A stretch of DNA of 64,000 bases, taken from the NCBI GenBank assembly GCA_964016885.1, contig CAXHJY010001102.1, positions 62,001-126,000 on the forward strand, written 5' to 3'. The translations under genes were made by a program, and so were the position numbers. The notes beneath the pieces are model-generated. The model had not been told where the DNA came from and made no database searches. It worked only from the letters and a program-made list of their open reading frames with translations. Positions 12,583 to 28,273 of the stretch are shown here, piece after piece (within the stretch, counting starts at the first letter, position 1; each line of letters begins with the position of its first letter). This DNA is from Eledone cirrhosa. Taxonomy: Eukaryota.

Positions 12583-13446
12583 TCTATATATATAAAACTG
12601 AGGTTGTCTGTCTGTCTACTAAAACCTTCGGCACACATCTCCTCTTAAACCGTACGTTCAAATTTCGGTGAAATTGCTACACTTATAGATGAAGGTCCGG
12701 CGGAACCATCGGTCAAATAAATTTTCAAATAAGTTCTTGTTTTTGATTATGTCATCTATATATATAAAGCTGTGGTTGTCTGTCTGTCTATCGATTTTTG
12801 GCACACATCTCCTCTTAGAATCTCTGACGGAATTGCACCGAAATTGCTATACTTGTACATTGAGCCCTAGCGAAGACATCGGAAAAAAATATTTCAAATT
12901 GACCCACCCTATGTGACGAAATCGAATCTAATGTATCGATTTTTGAGCGTAAGTGACGAGTTATTTCCCTTTGTTCTGTTTACATTGAGCGTCTTACGTT
13001 CTGTTTACATTTTCTGCGTGCAAAAATTAAAAAAATTACGCTAGCTTTCTCAGCGTTTAACACAATGACATTAACACAATACACGAACAGTTGTCGAGCC
13101 AGCAAAATTTTGACCTGCAAAATTCATCAGTTCGAACACTAAGCTTCCGTTTTGCTTCATTTCCATTTAAAAGCCTTTTAAAACAATATTTTTACTTGAA
13201 AACAAGTCTATTTAAAGACTACGTAAAACAAGCAAATATTTCCTCTTTTGTTATAACATTCGGGTTATCGTTATGTTTTCTTAACTTCATAAGGCATATT
13301 GTTGGTTGAGGGAATATTAATCAAAAACACCACATGCAAGTCTGCACAGTAGACACTACAGTTTTTAAGCCAAAAAAAACAACTTAACATTGTAACTTTA
13401 ACACAGCTACTGAGCGACCCCGAGCAACGCCGGGCTTTACTGCTAG
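12583..13446 (+). mobile_element. Non-autonomous Helitron-like element
   Basis: 5' A|TCTATATATATAAA..(GTCT)n; 3' hairpin CCCGagcaacgcCGGG followed by CTAG|T. Confidence 0.8.
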
Positions 13447-14350
<904 letters not shown>

Positions 14351-14619
14351 TGTACATATCTATGTGTGTATATGTGTATCTGTTGTACGCATGTGTTTGT
14401 CTTCATATATATATATATGTGTGTGTGTGTGTGTTTGCAGTCACACGTGTGTGTAATTAGAAAACAAAGCAAAACAACAACAACAACAACAACAATAACA
14501 ACAACAACAACAACAACACCACGTTAACAATGAAACAAAGATAAACAAGATGGCTGCTTATTAAACAATGAAACGTCAACAATAACAACAACGACAACAG
14601 TCGCCATTGTTAAACGTCA

Positions 14620-15299
14620 TCATGATGATGAACTTCATCATCATCATCATCGTTCACATCAACAACAACAGCCGCCACCAAAATAATCGGCACATCTCAC
14701 CATCATCATCATCATCATCATTAGCTCCATTATCATCATCATCACCGTTATCATCATCATCATCATCACCACCATCATCACTACTACCACTCTGTCATCA
14801 TCATCATCACAATCCCTATCATGATCATCATCATCATCATCATCATAATTAACACCTTCATAATCATCATCACCATCACCATCACTACTGCCACTGTCAT
14901 CACCATCACCATCACTACCGCCACCATCACCATCACCATCACTACCACCAGTCATCACCATCACCATCATCATCACCACCACTACAACCATCATCACTAC
15001 CACCATCACCATCACTACCACCACCACCATCACCATCACTACCATCACCATCATCACTACCACCATCACTACCACCATCACCATCACTACTACCATTGTC
15101 ATCATCATCATCATCGCCATCATCATTACCCAGCAAAAAACAACAACAACAATACAAAAGAACCGCCCCCCCCCACCCTCCACCTTCAAAAGATACAATG
15201 TCAAGCTTTGAACAATTTAAAGTGCGGTGGTGGTGGTGGTGTGTGTGTGTAGGTATGTGTAGGTGTGTGTGTGTATGTGTAGGTGTGTATGTGTGTAGG

Positions 15300-15335
<36 letters not shown>

Positions 15336-15342
15336 TGTGTAG

Positions 15343-15379
<37 letters not shown>

Positions 15380-15400
15380 TGTGTGTGTGTGTGTGTGTGT
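14620..15400. repeat. (CAT)n/(CAC)n then (GT)n microsatellites
   Basis: Direct inspection. Confidence 0.95.
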
Positions 15401-15403
15401 GTA

Positions 15404-15576
15404 TTTGGTACAAGGCCAGCAATTATCCCAGTGCATTACTGGTATTTTATTTTATCGACCCCGTAAGGATGAAAGGCAAAGTTAACCTCGGCGGGATTTG
15501 AACTCAGATCATAAAGGGAGGTAAATCTATGCTTCAAAGCATGGCGTCCGACCCTTACCGATACTGCCAATCCACC
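15404..15576 (-). mobile_element. tRNA-derived SINE
   Basis: Minus-strand A box TGGCAGTATCGG, B box GAGTTCAAATCC, core CCTTTCATCCTTACGGGGTCGATAAAA. Confidence 0.85.
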
Positions 15577-15954
15577 AATAATAATAATGATGATTTCGCT
15601 TATTAGCCACAAGGGGCGACATGGAGGGGACAATACAAAGACACGGACTGTGAGGGGTTTACAATAAGCTCGAGTTAATGTGCACAATGGCAAAAACAAA
15701 TAAGAGATGAAGATGGTAATTATTTGTGAGGGGGCCATGTCGATTAAATTTGACTCTCCCTCCCTCCCAAACCCACATCTATTCCCTACCTCCCTCCCAA
15801 ACTCACGTTTATTCCCTACTCCCCAGCTCCAATGTCAATCACGCTGCCACTTATGTCATTGACCCCGCCGGCTTACAAAAGAAGAACCAAAAATATAAGA
15901 ATAAAAATAAGAATAATTAACATGAAAGGTCGAATTAACAAGATGATACAAGAT

Positions 15955-16077
15955 CAGGTGAGGTGAGGTGAGGTAAGGTGAGGTGAGGTGAGGTGAGGTA
16001 AGGTAAGGTGAGGTGAGGTAAGGTGAGGTGAGGTGAGGTAAGGTGAGGTGAGGTGAGGTGAGGTGAAATGAAGTGAG
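15955..16077. repeat. (GGTGA)n pentanucleotide repeat
   Basis: Direct inspection. Confidence 0.95.
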
Positions 16078-16255
16078 CTTAAAATGGGCGGATGATGTGT
16101 TGTTGTTTTTTTAAAACTCATAATACGTAAAAACCATGACGTAACTAAGCAACGGCACCCTTTTCTCTACTCTCTAACCTCCATCTCTAATCTGTAATCC
16201 CCAGAACTCCTCTGTAACCCCATGTGTTTCCTTGGGTTTAGTCCTTTGCTTTATA

Positions 16256-16440
16256 TCAGGTCACTCTTGCGTGCTACTGGTAACATGTAACCCAGTACAA
16301 CCTGTCGCACGGTCGGGTTGTTGGCGACTAAACTGGCAAGTTTACTTGGTGAGGAGAGTGATTTTGGACACCCTGCAGGATAAAAAGCAAAACCTGACAA
16401 AGGGCGGAAGAACTCATACGAGGCAACGGCCATCTAGAAA
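16256..16440 (+). mobile_element. 5' fragment of the RTE-derived non-autonomous element
   Basis: TCAGGTCAC..GCTACTGGTAACATGTAACCCAGTACAACCTGTC..AAAACCTGACAAAGGGC matches the reverse complement of 5545-5716. Confidence 0.7.
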
Positions 16441-16591
16441 AAAAAGAAAATCCTGCCAAATCAATGGGTGGCAGTGGTTCCAGCTGACGTAACGAAAGAC
16501 TGGTGTAGGGGTTCTGAGAACAATTCGGCTTTGCAGGTGATCAATGTAAATTGACAATGGAAAGGCGCTCCCGCTCGAGTTAGAAGAGAAC

Positions 16592-19299
16592 TATAGACTA
16601 CAGTACGATAGACTCTATCTGTAATTTCAAACGGTCAGTCTTGTCACACACTGTGATATACTGAATCTCCCTCAGAACATAGACTACAGTACGATAGACT
16701 CTATCTGTAATTTCAAACGGTCAGTCTTGTCACACACTGTGATATACTGAATCTCCCTGAGAACATAGACTACAGTACGATAGACTCTATCTGTAATTTC
16801 AAACGGTCAGTCTTGTCACACACTGTGATATACTGAATCTCCCTGAGAACATAGACTACAGTACGATAGACTCTATCTGTAATTTCAAAGGTTCAGTCTT
16901 GTCACACACTGTGATATACTGAATCTCCCTGAGAACATAGACTACAGTACGATAGACTCTATCTGTAATTTCAAACGGTTCAGTCTTGTCACACACTGTG
17001 ATATACTGAATCTCCCTGAGAACATAGACTACAGTACGATAGACTCTATCTGTAATTTCAAAGGTTCAGTCTTGTCACACACTGTGATATACTGAATCTC
17101 CCTGAGAACATAGACTACAGTACGATAGACTCTATCTGTAATTTCAAAGGTTCAGTCTTGTCACACACTGTGATATACTGAATCTCCCTGAGAACATAGA
17201 TTACAGTACGATAGACTCTATCTGTAATTTCAAAGGTTCAGTCTTGTCACACACTGTGATATACTGAATCTCCCTGAGAACATAGATTACAGTACGATAG
17301 ACTCTATCTGTAATTTCAAACGGTCAGTCTTGTCACACACTGTGATATACTGAATCTCCCTCAGAACATAGACTACAGTACGATAGACTCTATCTGTAAT
17401 TTCAAACGGTCAGTCTTGTCACACACTGTGATATACTGAATCTCCCTGAGAACATAGACTACAGTACGATAGACTCTATCTGTAATTTCAAACGGTCAGT
17501 CTTGTCACACACTGTGATATACTGAATCTCCCTGAGAACATAGACTACAGTACGATAGACTCTATCTGTAATTTCAAAGGTTCAGTCTTGTCACACACTG
17601 TGATATACTGAATCTCCCTGAGAACATAGACTACAGTACGATAGACTCTATCTGTAATTTCAAAGGGCCAGTCTTGTCACACACTGTGATATACTGAATC
17701 TCCCTGAGAACATAGACTACAGTACGATAGACTCTATCTGTAATTTCAAAGGGTCAGTCTTGTCACACACTGTGATATACTGAATCTCCCTGAGAACATA
17801 GACTACAGTACGATAGACTCTATCTGTAATTTCAAAGGGTCAGTCTTGTCACACACTGTGATATACTGAATCTCCCTGAGAACATAGACTACAGTACGAT
17901 AGACTCTATCTGTAATTTCAAACGGTCAGTCTTGTCACACACTGTGATATACTGAATCTCCCTGAGAACATAGACTACAGTACGATAGACTCTATCTGTA
18001 ATTTCAAACGGTCAGTCTTGTCACACACTGTGATATACTGAATCTCCCTGAGAACATAGACTACAGTACGATAGACTCTATCTGTAATTTCAAAGGTTCA
18101 GTCTTGTCACACACTGTGATATACTGAATCTCCCTGAGAACATAGACTACAGTACGATAGACTCTATCTGTAATTTCAAACGGTCAGTCTTGTCACACAC
18201 TGTGATATACTGAATCTCCCTGAGAACATAGACTACAGTACGATAGACTCTATCTGTAATTTCAAAGATTCAGTCTTGTCACACACTGTGATATACTGAA
18301 TCTCCCTGAGAACATAGACTACAGTACGATAGACTCTATCTGTAATTTCAAACGGTCAGTCTTGTCACACACTGTGATATACTGAATCTCCCTGAGAACA
18401 TAGACTACAGTACGATAGACTCTATCTGTAATTTCAAAGGTTCAGTCTTGTCACACACCGTGATATACTGAATCTCCCTGAGAACATAGACTACAGTACG
18501 ATAGACTCTATCTGTAATTTCAAAGGGCCAGTCTTGTCACACACTGTGATATACTGAATCTCCCTGAGAACATAGACTACAGTACGATAGACTCTATCTG
18601 TAATTTCAAAGGGTCAGTCTTGTCACACACTGTGATATACTGAATCTCCCTGAGAACATAGACTACAGTACGATAGACTCTATCTGTAATTTCAAACGGT
18701 CAGTCTTGTCACACACTGTGATATACTGAATCTCCCTGAGAACATAGACTACAGTACGATAGACTCTATCTGTAATTTCAAACGGTCAGTCTTGTCACAC
18801 ACTGTGATATACTGAATCTCCCTGAGAACATAGACTACAGTACGATAGACTCTATCTGTAATTTCAAAGGTTCAGTCTTGTCACACAATGTGATATACTG
18901 AATCTCCCTGAGAACATAGATTACAGTACGATAGACTCTATCTGTAATTTCAAAGGTTCAGTCTTGTCACACACTGTGATATACTGAATCTCCCTGAGAA
19001 CATAGACTACAGTACGATAGACTCTATCTGTAATTTCAAACGGTCAGTCTTGTCACACACTGTGATATACTGAATCTCCCTGAGAACATAGACTACAGTA
19101 CGATAGACTCTATCTGTAATTTCAAAGATTCAGTCTTGTCACACACTGTGATATACTGAATCTCCCTGAGAACATAGATTACAGTACGATAGACTCTATC
19201 TGTAATTTCAAAGATTCAGTCTTGTCACACACTGAGATATACTGAATCTCCCTGAGAACATAGACTACAGTACGATAGACTGTACCTGTAATTTCAAAG
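16592..19299. repeat. 86-bp minisatellite, about 31 copies, SINE-derived
   Basis: Unit CATAGACTACAGTACG..GAATCTCCCTGAGAA (starts at 16678 and 16764). Homologous to SINE sequence at 56925-56990. Confidence 0.95.
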
Positions 19300-19319
19300 G
19301 GGCAGGCGGGTCACACACA

Positions 19320-20327
19320 CATACCACCACCACCACTGCCTCCAATACCAGTAGTAGTAGTAGTAGTAGTAGTAGTAGCACTATATAGGTATTAAACTAT
19401 GATACCTATTACTACTACGCTCACTACTACCAACACCACTGCAACCACTCACTCTACTACTACCACTACCACCACAGTCACAACCCCTACCATATACACT
19501 ACTACAGCCACCACTACTACACCTCAACATCACCACCACCACAACACAACCACCACAACCACCACAACCACCACTACCGCCACCACCACCACCACTACCA
19601 TCACCATCAACACCACGACAACCACCATCACCACCACCACCACCACCATCACCACCACCGCCGCCGCCACAACCACCACTACCGCCACCACCACCACCAC
19701 TACCATCACCACCACCACCACCATCACCACCATCACTACCACCACCACCATCACCACCACCATCACCACCAACACCACCACCACACCACCACCACCACAA
19801 CCGCCGCCACCACCAACACTACCACCACCACCACAGGCAGTTCCTTCTTACTACCCATTAAGTAACAGCTCCCTTTTTTTTTCTTTAAAAAAAAAACAAC
19901 CCTTTTCGCCCTCCCTTATCTTACTCCAGCCCCACCATCTTAGACCCTTAATTTTCTTGTGTTCTCTATTCCCCCACCCCCACTTACTCTTCTACCCCCT
20001 CTCTCACCATCTTAAGACCCTTAATTTTCTTGTGTTCCCTACTCTCCCCCCTTTACCACTCCCTCCCCCATTCATTCTCCTACTCCTCTCACTCCCACAC
20101 CCCTCTCCCCCCACCTCATCCCCCTACCTTTTGTTTCCTTACATTCACCGTTTGATAACAGATAATAGGGTCTCTTGTAAACAACTCATCGCCCCCCCCC
20201 CCCATACCCCAACCCACTCCTTCATTCCCTCCTCGTAAACAGAGAGTAAACAAATACTACTACTGCTACTACTACTACTACTGCTGCTATGTTGTTACTA
20301 CTACTACTACTACTACTACTACTATTG

Positions 20328-20365
<38 letters not shown>

Positions 20366-21350
20366 GCTGCTACTAGTACTAGTACTACTACTACTACTGC
20401 TGCTACTAGTACCACTGCTACTACTACTACTACTACTTCTACTACTGCTGCTACTACTACTACTACTGTTGTTACTACTACTGCTACTGCTGCTACTACT
20501 ACTACTACTGTTGTTACTACTACTGCTACTGCTGCTACTACTACTACTACTACTACTGCTGCTACTGCTGCTACTAGTACTACTGCTACTACTACTACTA
20601 CTACTTCTACTACTACTACTGCTGCTACTACTACTACTACTGCTACTGTTGTTACTACTACTACTACTATTGCTACTGCTACTACTACTACTACTACTAC
20701 CACTGTTACTACTACTACTACTACTACTAATTTAACTACTACCACTGTTACTACTACTACTGCTAATGGTGTCTGATTTAGACAGAAGGCCAACATTTTG
20801 AAGGGAAAGTGGGAGATTAAATCTACCCCAGTACATTACTGGTACTTTATTTATCGACACCGTAAGGATGAAAGGGGAAGTTAACTGTGTGCATATGTGT
20901 GTATCTGTGTGCTGTGTATGTGTGTGTGTGTGGTGGTGGTGTATGGTGTGTGGTGTGAGTGTGTGTGTGTATGCATGTGCATTTGTGTCTGTATGTGTGT
21001 GTATGTGTCTGTATGTGTCTGTATGTGTTTGTGTGAGTATGTGCGTGTGGCTGTGTGAGCGTGTGTGTCTGTATGTATTTGCGTGTGAGTGTGTCTGTGC
21101 GTGCGTGTGGCTGTGTACGTGTGCGTGCGTCTGTGTACGTGTGCGTGTGTCTGTATGTGTGTATGGTTGTGTGCATGTGCGTCTGTGTGTCTCCGTGTGC
21201 CTCTGTGTCTGTGTGTGTGTGTGTGCCTGTGTGTGTGTGTGCGTGTGTGACTGTGTACGTGTGTGAATGTGTGTGTGTGGCTGTGTGTGACTGTACGTGT
21301 GTGTGTGGCTGTGTGTGTGATTATGTACGCGTACGTTTGTGTTTGTGTGT
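19320..21350. repeat. (CAC)n, (ACT/GCT)n and degenerate (GT)n simple repeats, with a partial SINE at about 20785-20885
   Basis: Direct inspection. Confidence 0.9.
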
Positions 21351-21408
21351 GTGTGGAGGGGCGGGGGGTAATATAGAAATGAGAAAAACGAAGGAGGCAA
21401 AAATAGAG

Positions 21409-21448
<40 letters not shown>

Positions 21449-21649
21449 TAATTACTCCAACAATTACAATAACAAGAGAAGCTTTAACGACAACAACCCC
21501 TAAACAAATAAATATATAGCGAAAATGAGGGGTCTAGGGCCCTTAATGATGAGAAGTACGGTGGGTTGATTTCCCAGTCTTTTGAAGAACAACAACTATT
21601 ACTACAAAAACTAAAAAAAGTGTGTATAGCACATTTAATAATAGAACAA

Positions 21650-21677
21650 ACACACACATACATATATATACATACAG

Positions 21678-21728
<51 letters not shown>

Positions 21729-22378
21729 CATATATACATACGCATATATATATATATATATACATACACATATATATATGCATATATACATACACACACA
21801 CACATATATATGCATATATACATACATATATATATATATACATATATACATACACACATATATATATATATACACACATATATACATACACACATATATA
21901 TATACACACACAATATATATACATATATATATATATACATATATACATATATATCCATATATATATATGCACACAATATATATATACATATACATACATA
22001 TATACATATATATCCATATATATACATAGATACACACATATATATATATATACATCCATATATATACATAGATACACACATATATATATATACATATATA
22101 TCCATATATATATCCATACATATATATATACATAAACACATATATATATATACATACACACACACATATATATATACACACATACATACATATATATATA
22201 CATACACTATATATATACATATATATTCATACATACACATATATATATACATATATATATATACATACACTATATATATACATATATATTCATACATACA
22301 CATATATATCCATATATATATATATATATATATATATAGTATGTATATATGTATATATATATATAGTATGTATATATG

Positions 22379-22413
<35 letters not shown>

Positions 22414-22423
22414 TGTATATATG

Positions 22424-22479
<56 letters not shown>

Positions 22480-22488
22480 CACACATAC
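21650..22488. repeat. (AT)n/(AC)n microsatellite
   Basis: Direct inspection. Confidence 0.95.
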
Positions 22489-23570
22489 ACGAAAACTTTA
22501 CAGTCTAGAAAACCTAACATACAAGTTAACGTAAAAATGTAACATACAAACGTTTAAAATCTAAAAACGTACAATACAAACGTTACAGCGTAAAAATGTA
22601 ACATACAAACGTTATAGTCTTAAATTCGTAACGTAGAAACGCTACCGTCTAAAAAACATAACGTGCAAGATAACGTAGAAACTTTACAGTGTATAAAACG
22701 AAACGTACAAACGTTAAAATCTATAACACGTAACGTACAAACGTTACAGCCTAAAAAACGTGATGTACAAGATAACGTAATAACGTTAAAGTTTATATAA
22801 CTTAAAGTACAAACGTTAAAATCTAAAAGATTAACGTACAAACGTTACAGTCGAAATAATAACGTAACGTAGAAACGTTACAATCTAAAGGACATGACGC
22901 ACACGATAACGTAACAACGTTACAGTCTAAAAATCGTAACATAGAAACGTTATAGTCTAAGAAACGTAAACACGTAATATTCCAGAATAGGTTTAAAATA
23001 CCTTCAAGGAAAATATAGGAGAAAACGTTAAAACGTAAAAACAACTTAGTAAGAACGTAAAAAAACGTAAATCGACCCCAGTACATTATTGGACACCGTA
23101 AGAATAGGTTTAAAAAAAATTCAAGGAAAGCATAGGTGAAAACGTTAAAACAACGTAGCAAGAACGTAAAACGTTACAGTCTAAAAAAAATGTAACGTAC
23201 AAACGTTAGTCTAAAAAAAATGTAACGTACAAACGTTACAGTCTAAAAAACGTAACGTACAAACGTTACAGTCTAACAAAACGCAACGTACAAACGTTAC
23301 AGTCTAAAAAACGTAACATACAAACGTTACAGGCTCAAAAACGTAACATACAAACGTTAGTCTTAAAAACGTAACGTACAAGATAACGTAACAACGTCAC
23401 AGTCTAAAAAGCGTAACATACAAACGTCTAAGAAACGTAAACTCGTAACATTCCAGAATAGGTTAAAAAAAAAACTTCAAAGAAAACATGAGAAAACGTT
23501 AAAACGTTACAACAACGTAGTAAGAACGTAAAAAAAAATAAACGTTAAAAAACGTTAAAACAAACGTGAC
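22489..23570. repeat. Degenerate ~31-bp ACGT-rich tandem repeat (AAACGTAACGTACAAACGTTACAGTCTAAAA)
   Basis: Clear units at 23170-23380; an internal block 22900-23060 recurs at 23375-23545. Confidence 0.8.
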
Positions 23571-23989
23571 ATAGTGAAAAGGATTGTAAACGACGTTAGA
23601 AAGGAGTGTTTCAGATGATTTGTTAAATGTATTTAATGTTTTTATTTGAGAAAGTTTCTTTCTATTGTGGAGTTTTAATTGTTCGTCAAGATGAAAGGAG
23701 ATGAACTTAGGCAAATAATGGGGGAAAAAACAGGGGAGAGAAGTGGGGAAAGTCAAACGTGAAATAGGGATAGGAAGGAGTGGGGATTGTTAAGTGTGTG
23801 TGGTGTGTGTGGGTGTAGTGCGAGTATGCTGTGGGGTTTTTTCTGTGTATGCTATGTGTGTGGTGTGTGTATGCTATGCGGTACGCTGTGTGTGTATGTT
23901 GTCTATTCTTTGTGTGTGTATGTTCACTATATGTGTCTGTGTATCGTGTGTGTATGTGTATGTGTGTATGTTCTGTGTGTGTGTATGCT

Positions 23990-24770
23990 ATGTGTGTGTG
24001 TATGCGTGCTCTGTGTGTGTCTGTGTATACTCTGTGTGTGGTGTGGTGAGTGTAGTGTGTGCGTGTTATCTATGTGTGTGTGTATGCGTGCTCTGTGTGT
24101 GTCTGCGTATACTCTGTGTGTGGTGTGGTGAGTGTAGTGTGTGCGTGTTATCTATGTGTGTGTGTGTATGCGTGCTCTGTGTGTGTCTGTGTATACTGTG
24201 TGTGGTGTGGTGAGTGTAGTGTGTGCGTGTTATCTATGTGTGTGTGTATGCGTGCTCTGTGTGTGTCTGCGTATACTCTGTGTGTGGTGTGGTGAGTGTA
24301 GTGTGTGCGTGTTATCTGTGTGTGTGTATGCGTGCTCTGTGTGTGTCTGTGTATACTCTGTGTGTGGTGTGGTGAGTGTAGTGTGTGCGTGTTATCTATG
24401 TGTGTGTGTGTATGCGTGCTCTGTGTGTGTCTGCGTATACTCTGTGTGTGGTGTGGTGAGTGTAGTGTGTGCGTGTTATCTATGTGTGTGTGTGTATGCG
24501 TGCTCTGTGTGTGTCTGTATATACTCTGTGTGTGGTGTGGTGAGTGTAGTGTGTGCGTGTTATCTATGTGTGTGTGTGTATGCGTGCTCTGTGTGTGTCT
24601 GTGTATACTCTGTGTGTGGTGAGTGTAGTGTGTGCGTGTTATCTATGTGTGTGTGTGTATGCGTGCTCTGTGTGTGTCTGTATATACTCTGTGTGTGGTG
24701 TGGTGAGTGTAGTGTGTGCGTGTTATCTATGTGTGTGTGTATGCGTGCTCTGTGTGTGTATGCGTGCTCT
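23990..24770. repeat. About 82-bp GT-rich minisatellite
   Basis: Recurring GGTGTGGTGAGTGTAGTGTGTGCGTGTTATCTATG. Confidence 0.9.
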
Positions 24771-25876
24771 GTGTGTGTATGTCTGTGTATACTATTTATG
24801 TGGTGTGGTGTGTGTATGTTGTGTGTATGTTGTGTGTGTGTGTCTGAGTATGCTCTGTGTATGTCCTATGTGAGTGTTTGTGGATGATGTGTGTGTCTGT
24901 ATATGCTGCTTATATATATATATATACGTGTGTGTGTGTGTGATTATGTATGTGTGTATGCTGCTTATATATATATATGTGTGTGTGTGTGATTATGTAT
25001 GTATGTATGTTTGTGTGAGGTATTTTTAACTAGATGTGTTTGTGTTTATAAATCCGTGTATGTGTGTGTATAAGGTTGTAATGTCATATACCTACACACA
25101 CACACTCTATCTCTGTTATACACACACACATATATATATATAGTCAGATAAAGAGAGAGAGAGAGAGAAGGAGAGTAAGAGAGAGAGTGAGAGAGTGAGA
25201 GAGAGAGGGGGGGGGAGGGAGGGAGAGAGGGAGAAAGATGGATAGATAGCATATATATATATATAGGGAGAGAGAAAGAGAGAGAGGGAAAGACAGATAC
25301 AGAGATACAGAGAGAGAGAGAGAGAGATATGGAGAGAGAGAGAGAGATATGGAGAGAGAGAGAGAGAGATATGGAGAGAGAGAGAGAGAGAGAGAGCGAT
25401 AGATAGATAGATAGATAGAGAGAGTGAGTGATAGATAGATAGCGAGAGAGTGATATATATATATATATAGAGAGAGAGAGGGGGGAAGTGCTGGAGAGAG
25501 TGTGTGCTGGAAGTAAACGTGGTGGTGATGGTGATGGCTATGATAGTGGTTATTGGTGACGGAATTGGTGGCAGTGGAGATGATAGTGGTGGAGGTGGTG
25601 GTGGAGATGATAGTGGTGGAGGTGGTGGTGGAGAGGTTGGCAGTGGAGATGAAGGTGGTGGAGATGGTGGTGGAGGAGGTGGTGGAGATGGTGGTGGAGG
25701 AGGTGGTGGAGATGGTGGTGGAGGAGGTGGTGGAGATGGTGGTGGAGGAGGTGGTGGGGCGGCTCCTATGTTTACTGTTACAGGGAGTGTATAATTGGCT
25801 ATCTCTCTCTGGTTGTCAAGAATGACGACGGAAAAGTCATTTTGTAGGCGGGTAAAACATGTAATCTTATACACAA

Positions 25877-25965
<89 letters not shown>

Positions 25966-25997
25966 CGCACACATACACACACACACATATATATATA

Positions 25998-26037
<40 letters not shown>

Positions 26038-26170
26038 CACACACACATATATATATAAACACACACACATATATATATATATATAAACACACACATATAT
26101 ATACACACACACGCATATATATATATATACACACACACACATATATATATATATATGCACACACACTCAC

Positions 26171-26203
<33 letters not shown>

Positions 26204-26212
26204 TATATACAT

Positions 26213-26289
<77 letters not shown>

Positions 26290-26369
26290 TATATATATAT
26301 ATATAAAACACGCACACATATATATATACATAAACACACATATATATACACACACACGCATATATATAT

Positions 26370-26401
<32 letters not shown>

Positions 26402-26468
26402 GCACACACACACACATATATATATATATATACGCACACATACACACACACATATATATATATATATG

Positions 26469-26500
<32 letters not shown>

Positions 26501-26726
26501 CACACACACACACATATATATATATATAAACACACACATATATATATATATAAACGCACACACATATATATATATATACACACACACACATATATATATA
26601 TACACACACACACACATATGGGTATGTGTGTGGCTGTGTGTGTATGTATGTGGGTTTGGGTGAACATATATACACACACACATATATATGTACACATATA
26701 GACGATTATAATATATATATATATTT

Positions 26727-26770
<44 letters not shown>

Positions 26771-27374
26771 GGTGGCTGCCAACTCGTTTTCGAGTACGGC
26801 CACTACTTTATATCCAAGTCGCTGGCCGGAACAAAAATTCACGAGTGTGACTCTCCAGTCCAGCCAGCGACTTGAAAACTCTGGTACAAACACTACACTT
26901 GTGACCATTATTGACACATAGTGCTGGGCCCATGATACCATGTGACGACAAGTGCAGAGAGATCTCCAGATATAAAGCAACGCCTGTGCCGTGAAGCTTT
27001 TATAGTGAGCAAAGGCACTGCACAAAGCCAGTCCCACTCTCTTAACCAAGATGATATTTACCAAAAAGAAGAACAAGTCAACATCATTGGATACCATCAG
27101 AGTTGCAGGTGTTATATCAGAGTTTTCCTTCTCCTAGAATTCTGCCTTGATAAAGGCTAAGGGGTCATCTCTCCCGGTGATTTTGGATGGCCATTGACTC
27201 TTAAGAGCACCTTTGCCCTTTGACAGGTTTTGTTTTTAGTCCTGCAGGATGTCCAAAGACACCCTCCTCACCAAGAAACCTTGGTGGGGTTGCCAGTTTA
27301 GTCGCCAACGACCCGACCATGAGACAAGTTGTACTGGGATACATGTTACCAGTAGCACCAACTGGTGACCTGAC
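26771..27374 (-). mobile_element. Second full copy of the RTE-derived non-autonomous element
   Basis: Colinear with 5108-5716. Confidence 0.75.
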
Positions 27375-27395
27375 ATAAATATATATATACATACT

Positions 27396-27437
<42 letters not shown>

Positions 27438-27564
27438 ATATATATATGCATATATATATATATGCATATATATATGCATATATATATATATGCATATATA
27501 TATATATGCATATATATATGCATATATATATATATATGCATATATATATATATATATATATATA

Positions 27565-27598
<34 letters not shown>

Positions 27599-27616
27599 TA
27601 TATATATATATATATA

Positions 27617-27650
<34 letters not shown>

Positions 27651-27682
27651 TATATATATATATATGCATATATATATATATA

Positions 27683-27766
<84 letters not shown>

Positions 27767-27909
27767 AAAGTTGTATTTAAATTGTTGGGATACAAGCAAA
27801 TATTTTTATAACTGATATAAAGCACTCAACAAATAATTGGAGTAAAAATACGATATTAACAAATGGATACTATATTTATAAAACCATATTTATTTCATTA
27901 TACATATTT

Positions 27910-28094
27910 GTGTCTACTTTAGGCACAAGGCCAGCAATTACCCAGTTCATTACTGGTACTTTATTTTATCGACCCCGTAAGGATGAAAGGCAAAGTCAAC
28001 CTCGGCGGGATTTGAACTCAGACCGTAAAGGGACGTAACTATACTGGAAAGCATGGCGTCCGACCCTCTACCGATACTGCCAATCCACCGCCTT
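27910..28094 (-). mobile_element. Full-length tRNA-derived SINE with 17-bp target-site duplication
   Basis: TSD TTTCATTATACATATTT at 27893-27909 and 28095-28111. Confidence 0.9.
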
Positions 28095-28156
28095 TTTCAT
28101 TATACATATTTCAAGGAAACCAACTTAAATTATGGTGTGCTTTCATCAGATAAAAT
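28095..28156 (-). ncRNA. Type I hammerhead motif, family C
   Basis: Minus: TTTTAT-CTGATGA-AAGcacACCA..TGGTttcCTT-GAAA-T-ATGT-ATA-ATGAAA. Confidence 0.65.
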
Positions 28157-28273
28157 ATAATATAGATAAGTTTTATAAATAAATATTGACATACTCCAAT
28201 AATTTGTTGAGTGCTTTATATCAGTTATAAAAATATTTGCTTGTTGTATCCCAACAATTTAAATAGAACTTCT

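Noticed and set aside
16592-19299. CRISPR-like regular arrays (also 38170-40185 and 48917-50857)
   Set aside because: Whole units repeat with no unique spacers, there are no cas genes, and the context is eukaryotic.
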